From: a virus
Taxonomy: Duplodnaviria > Caudoviricetes
Virus record (IMG/VR): IMGVR_UViG_3300032030_000026
Span: 1 to 64,000 of that record
DNA length: 64,000 bases
Direction: 5' to 3' (one strand)
Positions 63,739 through 64,000 of the stretch are shown here, piece by piece. The notes under the pieces were generated by a model. It did not search any database. It saw only the letters and a list, made by a program, of their open reading frames with translations, and was not told the origin of the DNA. The position numbers and the translations under genes were made by a program. The stretch's first letter is position 1, and each line of letters begins with the position of its first letter.

Positions 63739-64000
63739 CTAAATCTCGGGAATCCAAGCATAGGTCCATTTATCCTGGAAAAAATACATCCAATTATCAA
63801 TTTCCGCCCGGTTATCCGTCATATTTATAAACGGAGCAAACCCGTCCTTTTGAGAGATTTCCGAATTATGATAGCAATAATCAAACCATTTGCAAAATAA
63901 AAATCGATTATGCAATAGAATAAATCTAGGATCATGATATGCCATTTTGTATACGGCATATGTAAGAGTTGTTTGGTTGATGCGGTCAACCTGTCCGTTT
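63739..64000 (-). CDS. 3' part of a gene entering from the window edge
   Basis: Open frame ending at 63739; true start probably beyond 64000. Confidence 0.45.
   Translation of the reverse strand, partial: NGQVDRINQTTLTYAVYKMAYHDPRFILLHNRFLFCKWFDYCYHNSEISQKDGFAPFINMTDNRAEIDNWMYFFQDKWTYAWIPEI

Noticed and set aside
1-64000. Stop-codon reassignment (TAG to Gln) as in Lak-type phages
   Set aside because: Long genes are intact in code 11, TAG ends several well-bounded genes (1523, 7039, 46134), and no CTA or TCA anticodon tRNA was found.

Overview
A 64-kb stretch of a large, AT-rich, T4-like (myovirus) phage genome in the standard genetic code. The host is probably an anaerobic Bacteroidota, inferred from the tmRNA 5' end, rrn-type boxA, QueD/FolE2/NrdG and weak Shine-Dalgarno signals. 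Layout: (1) 0.2-9.5 kb, small accessory genes with internal duplications, Nudix and RtcB; (2) 9.5-16.6 kb and 28.3-30.8 kb, 15 small genes sharing an N-terminal MKHIxESIIGRKG leader, with gp4 head completion and a cytidyltransferase/ligase-like fusion; (3) 16.7-24.6 kb, large virion proteins; (4) 25.9-34.5 kb, queD, queC, infA, nrdG, folE2 and a GIY-YIG homing endonuclease; (5) 35.0-44.4 kb, an RNA island with 41 decodable tRNAs covering all 20 amino acids (five 8/4 tRNA-Ser, five short-arm tRNA-Leu, tRNA-Ile UAU), about 11 tRNA-like RNAs with broken or hugely expanded anticodon arms, two circularly permuted tRNA-like (YrlA-type) RNAs, a permuted two-piece tmRNA and a probable ROOL RNA; (6) 47.5-61.2 kb, baseplate, tape measure and core-like proteins; (7) a methyltransferase-glycosyltransferase. 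Best candidates for new biology: the shared-leader cargo family (likely capsid-targeted injected proteins), the permuted and anticodon-less RNA set beside RtcB, and roughly 10-fold CCGG enrichment that may mark the target of a 7-deazaguanine DNA modification. All calls were made by eye, no searches were run, and RNA boundaries may be off by a few bases.
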